From NCBI RefSeq assembly GCF_009914755.1, contig NC_060926.1: 64,000 nt of DNA. One strand, given 5' to 3'. This document shows, piece after piece, positions 61,654-64,000 of this stretch. Position numbers and translations under genes: made by a program. The first letter of the stretch is position 1. Every line of letters begins with the position of its first letter. The notes beneath the pieces were generated by a model. It searched no databases, was not told where the DNA came from, and worked only from the letters and a program-made list of their open reading frames with translations. The stretch is from the human T2T-CHM13v2.0 reference genome, Homo sapiens.

Positions 61654-62479
61654 CAAACTTTTGATCCCACAAACTTTTGAAGGGAAAAAATTATACAAGT
61701 ATTTGTTTCTTTATCTATTCATTATCTCTCTATTTAATTGATTTGGAAGTCATATTTATATAATGATAAAAAAATTATATGCCATATACAAAAATAAATT
61801 TAGTAAGGACTAAATAAAGATTAAAGAATTTTCATATATTAAATTATATATTTTATATTATAAAATATTTTTTCTCACTAAAATAATATTTTAGGTATTG
61901 AAACCAATAGTTAATATCCTAAGTATTGAATTCAATAGTTTAAATGTATCTTTTGAAAATCATGAATTAATACTTTGTCTTACAGCAATTTGAAGATTCG
62001 AAAGTTTATCTAATAATTGTTGTAATGGGTGCTACAGTTTAGAAAAATATATCATAGAGAAGCTTAGACACAAATGGAAATATTTTAAAAATGAAATAAT
62101 AAGCCACTGAAATTCTTTGGAAAATTGCTTAATAGAAAATTCTGTTCCACGTTTGTAAATATTCAGATGTGTAAATTTTAATTAATGACACTTTACATTA
62201 CTTTCAGCAATACTGATAAAAATACTTTTACTATCCTTTTTCAAAATACCCTTTCCATTGCATGTGTTTTTCCCTTTTTGGTAACATGATATTTTTACCA
62301 TGAAAGGACAGATTAAGTGTGTTTATAAATTTTAGAAATATCTACAAGGTAACATACTGCTAGAAGCTATTTTTTATTTTAGGAAAAGCCAGAAAATTTG
62401 GAATACTAATCATTTTGAGCAAAAGAAATTCATGACTCATATTTAAGCTCAATAATTTTTAAGTGCTTTGCCACAAAAT

Positions 62480-63160
62480 GAGTAGCTAACATTTCGTATG
62501 CTAACCATGAGCCAAGCAGTGCACTGTGTTCTTTAAAAACTTTATCTCTTATTATTTCTTATGACAACCCTATCATTCCTCCATTTTACAAGTGAAGAAA
62601 CTCGATTCAACATAGTAGTTAAGCTGTTTACCCAAGATCACCTAGAGAGTGTATTAGGTCAGATTTCTCAGAAGACCCCCAAGAGGAGAATTTGTTTGTG
62701 CAAGTGATTTCTTAAGAAAGTGCTTTCAGGATTAATGAGTAAGAAAGTAGAGAAAGCAGAAAACATAGGGGAAGAAGCCAAGCAATGGTGCAATTTCAGT
62801 TAAGTGTGAGCCTAAGTCCGATCAGGAGGGAATCTTCTGAGCATAAATTGCAGTTTGTCCAACTTCAAGGCAGTAGATCTGGGCTTTTACCATCTGTCTC
62901 AGTGAGTAATGGCCATGCCACCCTAGGCAGATAAACTATCCAGCACCTCCAGTTTCCTACCAGTTCTCACAAGAGGCTCTAGTACCCCTCAAGGGTAGTC
63001 CTCTGAAGAAAAGGACACTGAAGCTGGAAGATATCTCTCAGAAAAAGCTAAGAGAATCTGAGCGGAGCATTGTCAGTGTTTGTTACAGCTAGTAAATGGC
63101 ATAACCAGCATTAAATCTAAGGAGTATGACTTCAGACCCCATATTCTTAATCATTATACT
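62480..63160 (-). mobile_element. MIR split by an LTR16-family LTR
   Basis: ccattttacaagtgaagaaactc...cccaagatcac [LTR] agctagtaaatggcataacc. Confidence 0.7.
62650..63086 (-). mobile_element. LTR16-family ERVL LTR
   Basis: tgtattaggtcagatttctcagaag...gtgcaagtgatttcttaagaaagtgct...ggggaagaagccaagcaa. Confidence 0.65.
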
Positions 63161-64000
63161 AGGCTACTCGAGATAATCAGAAAATCTCTGGATAGAAAAT
63201 ATGACATCCATGGCCATTATCCAATTATGTACAAAACGGTAAATACTGTGGTTTCTTAAAAATAAAATTTGCCAAATTGGTGACATCCTGTAACACTTCA
63301 GCTCTTCTGACTCCTTTTTATTTGCTATGATAATTTGCTTATGAATTACTACACGTTGAATGAATTTTCCATGTGATACTTTCCTTGTAAATTATCACCA
63401 GAATTATTTTTAAATTTCAGTCAAAGGAGAGGCCAAAATAACTGAGGGAATAGCTCTGTTTTTCAGTGTGTGTTTAGATGTAGCTATTCAGAAGTTGACT
63501 CTTTATGTCAAACGTACATGTGTGCTAATCTAACCAGTCTACTGTTTTACATAAAAGATATTTCTACAAGCCACAGTGATGTTAATGTTGAAAAGAAAAG
63601 ATGATCCTAAGGGCTCCTTGGCTATCTTTGACCTTGAAACCTGAAATGCTTTTTGCCATGTTGTTTTGGGTCCACTCAGTGAATGACTAGCTGAATTACT
63701 GGGGTGCTACTTCATATTAAATTACTCAGACCTGTAACTTTGCATGGAGAGGAAGGAAAAAGGATGGATTTAGCACACAAGTTATCTCTTAAGGGGAAGA
63801 AAGGGTCATCCCAAGGGAGATGGGTGGAGACTGAAGGACCTAGGTAAAGGATACATTCTCTTTGAGTTGTCAGAGTAAGTACAAGGTAGTGGGAGCTTTG
63901 ACTTTCCCCCTTCAATACCAGGAATCACTTCTAAAATGATTCCAACCATTCCGTACAATAATCAATGTGTATTTGCAGATTGTGAAGCGTAGATTTGAGA

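Noticed and set aside
61325-61672. 115-aa ORF as an intact HIGD1 gene
   Set aside because: Starts at TTG, native ATG is in another frame, premature stop, intronless

Overview
AT-rich, CpG-depleted primate (human-like) intergenic or deep-intronic DNA. I found no intact protein-coding gene, tRNA/rRNA, CpG island or CRISPR array. Over half the window is transposon-derived: L1s of many ages, about 11 Alus, MaLR/ERVL/ERV1 LTRs, an ERV1 internal fragment, MIR/L2/CR1 relics and DNA MITEs. The only gene-derived sequence is a disabled processed pseudogene of HIGD1A (minus strand, ~60.57-61.65 kb). The most unusual structures are: (i) a ~1.1-kb inverted duplication of mostly unique DNA (33038-34363 vs 37439-38531) whose left arm is fused to a truncated L1PB 3' end; (ii) inside that arm, a half-Alu carrying ~50 bp of non-Alu 3' sequence within its target-site duplication (TSD), with the empty site preserved in the other arm; (iii) three 5'-inverted (twin-primed) L1s, two breaking at nearly the same L1 position. 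I see no support for a new biological system; the findings concern retrotransposition and rearrangement mechanisms plus weak regulatory candidates. Subfamily names come from recalled consensus sequences, and boundaries of old repeats are approximate.
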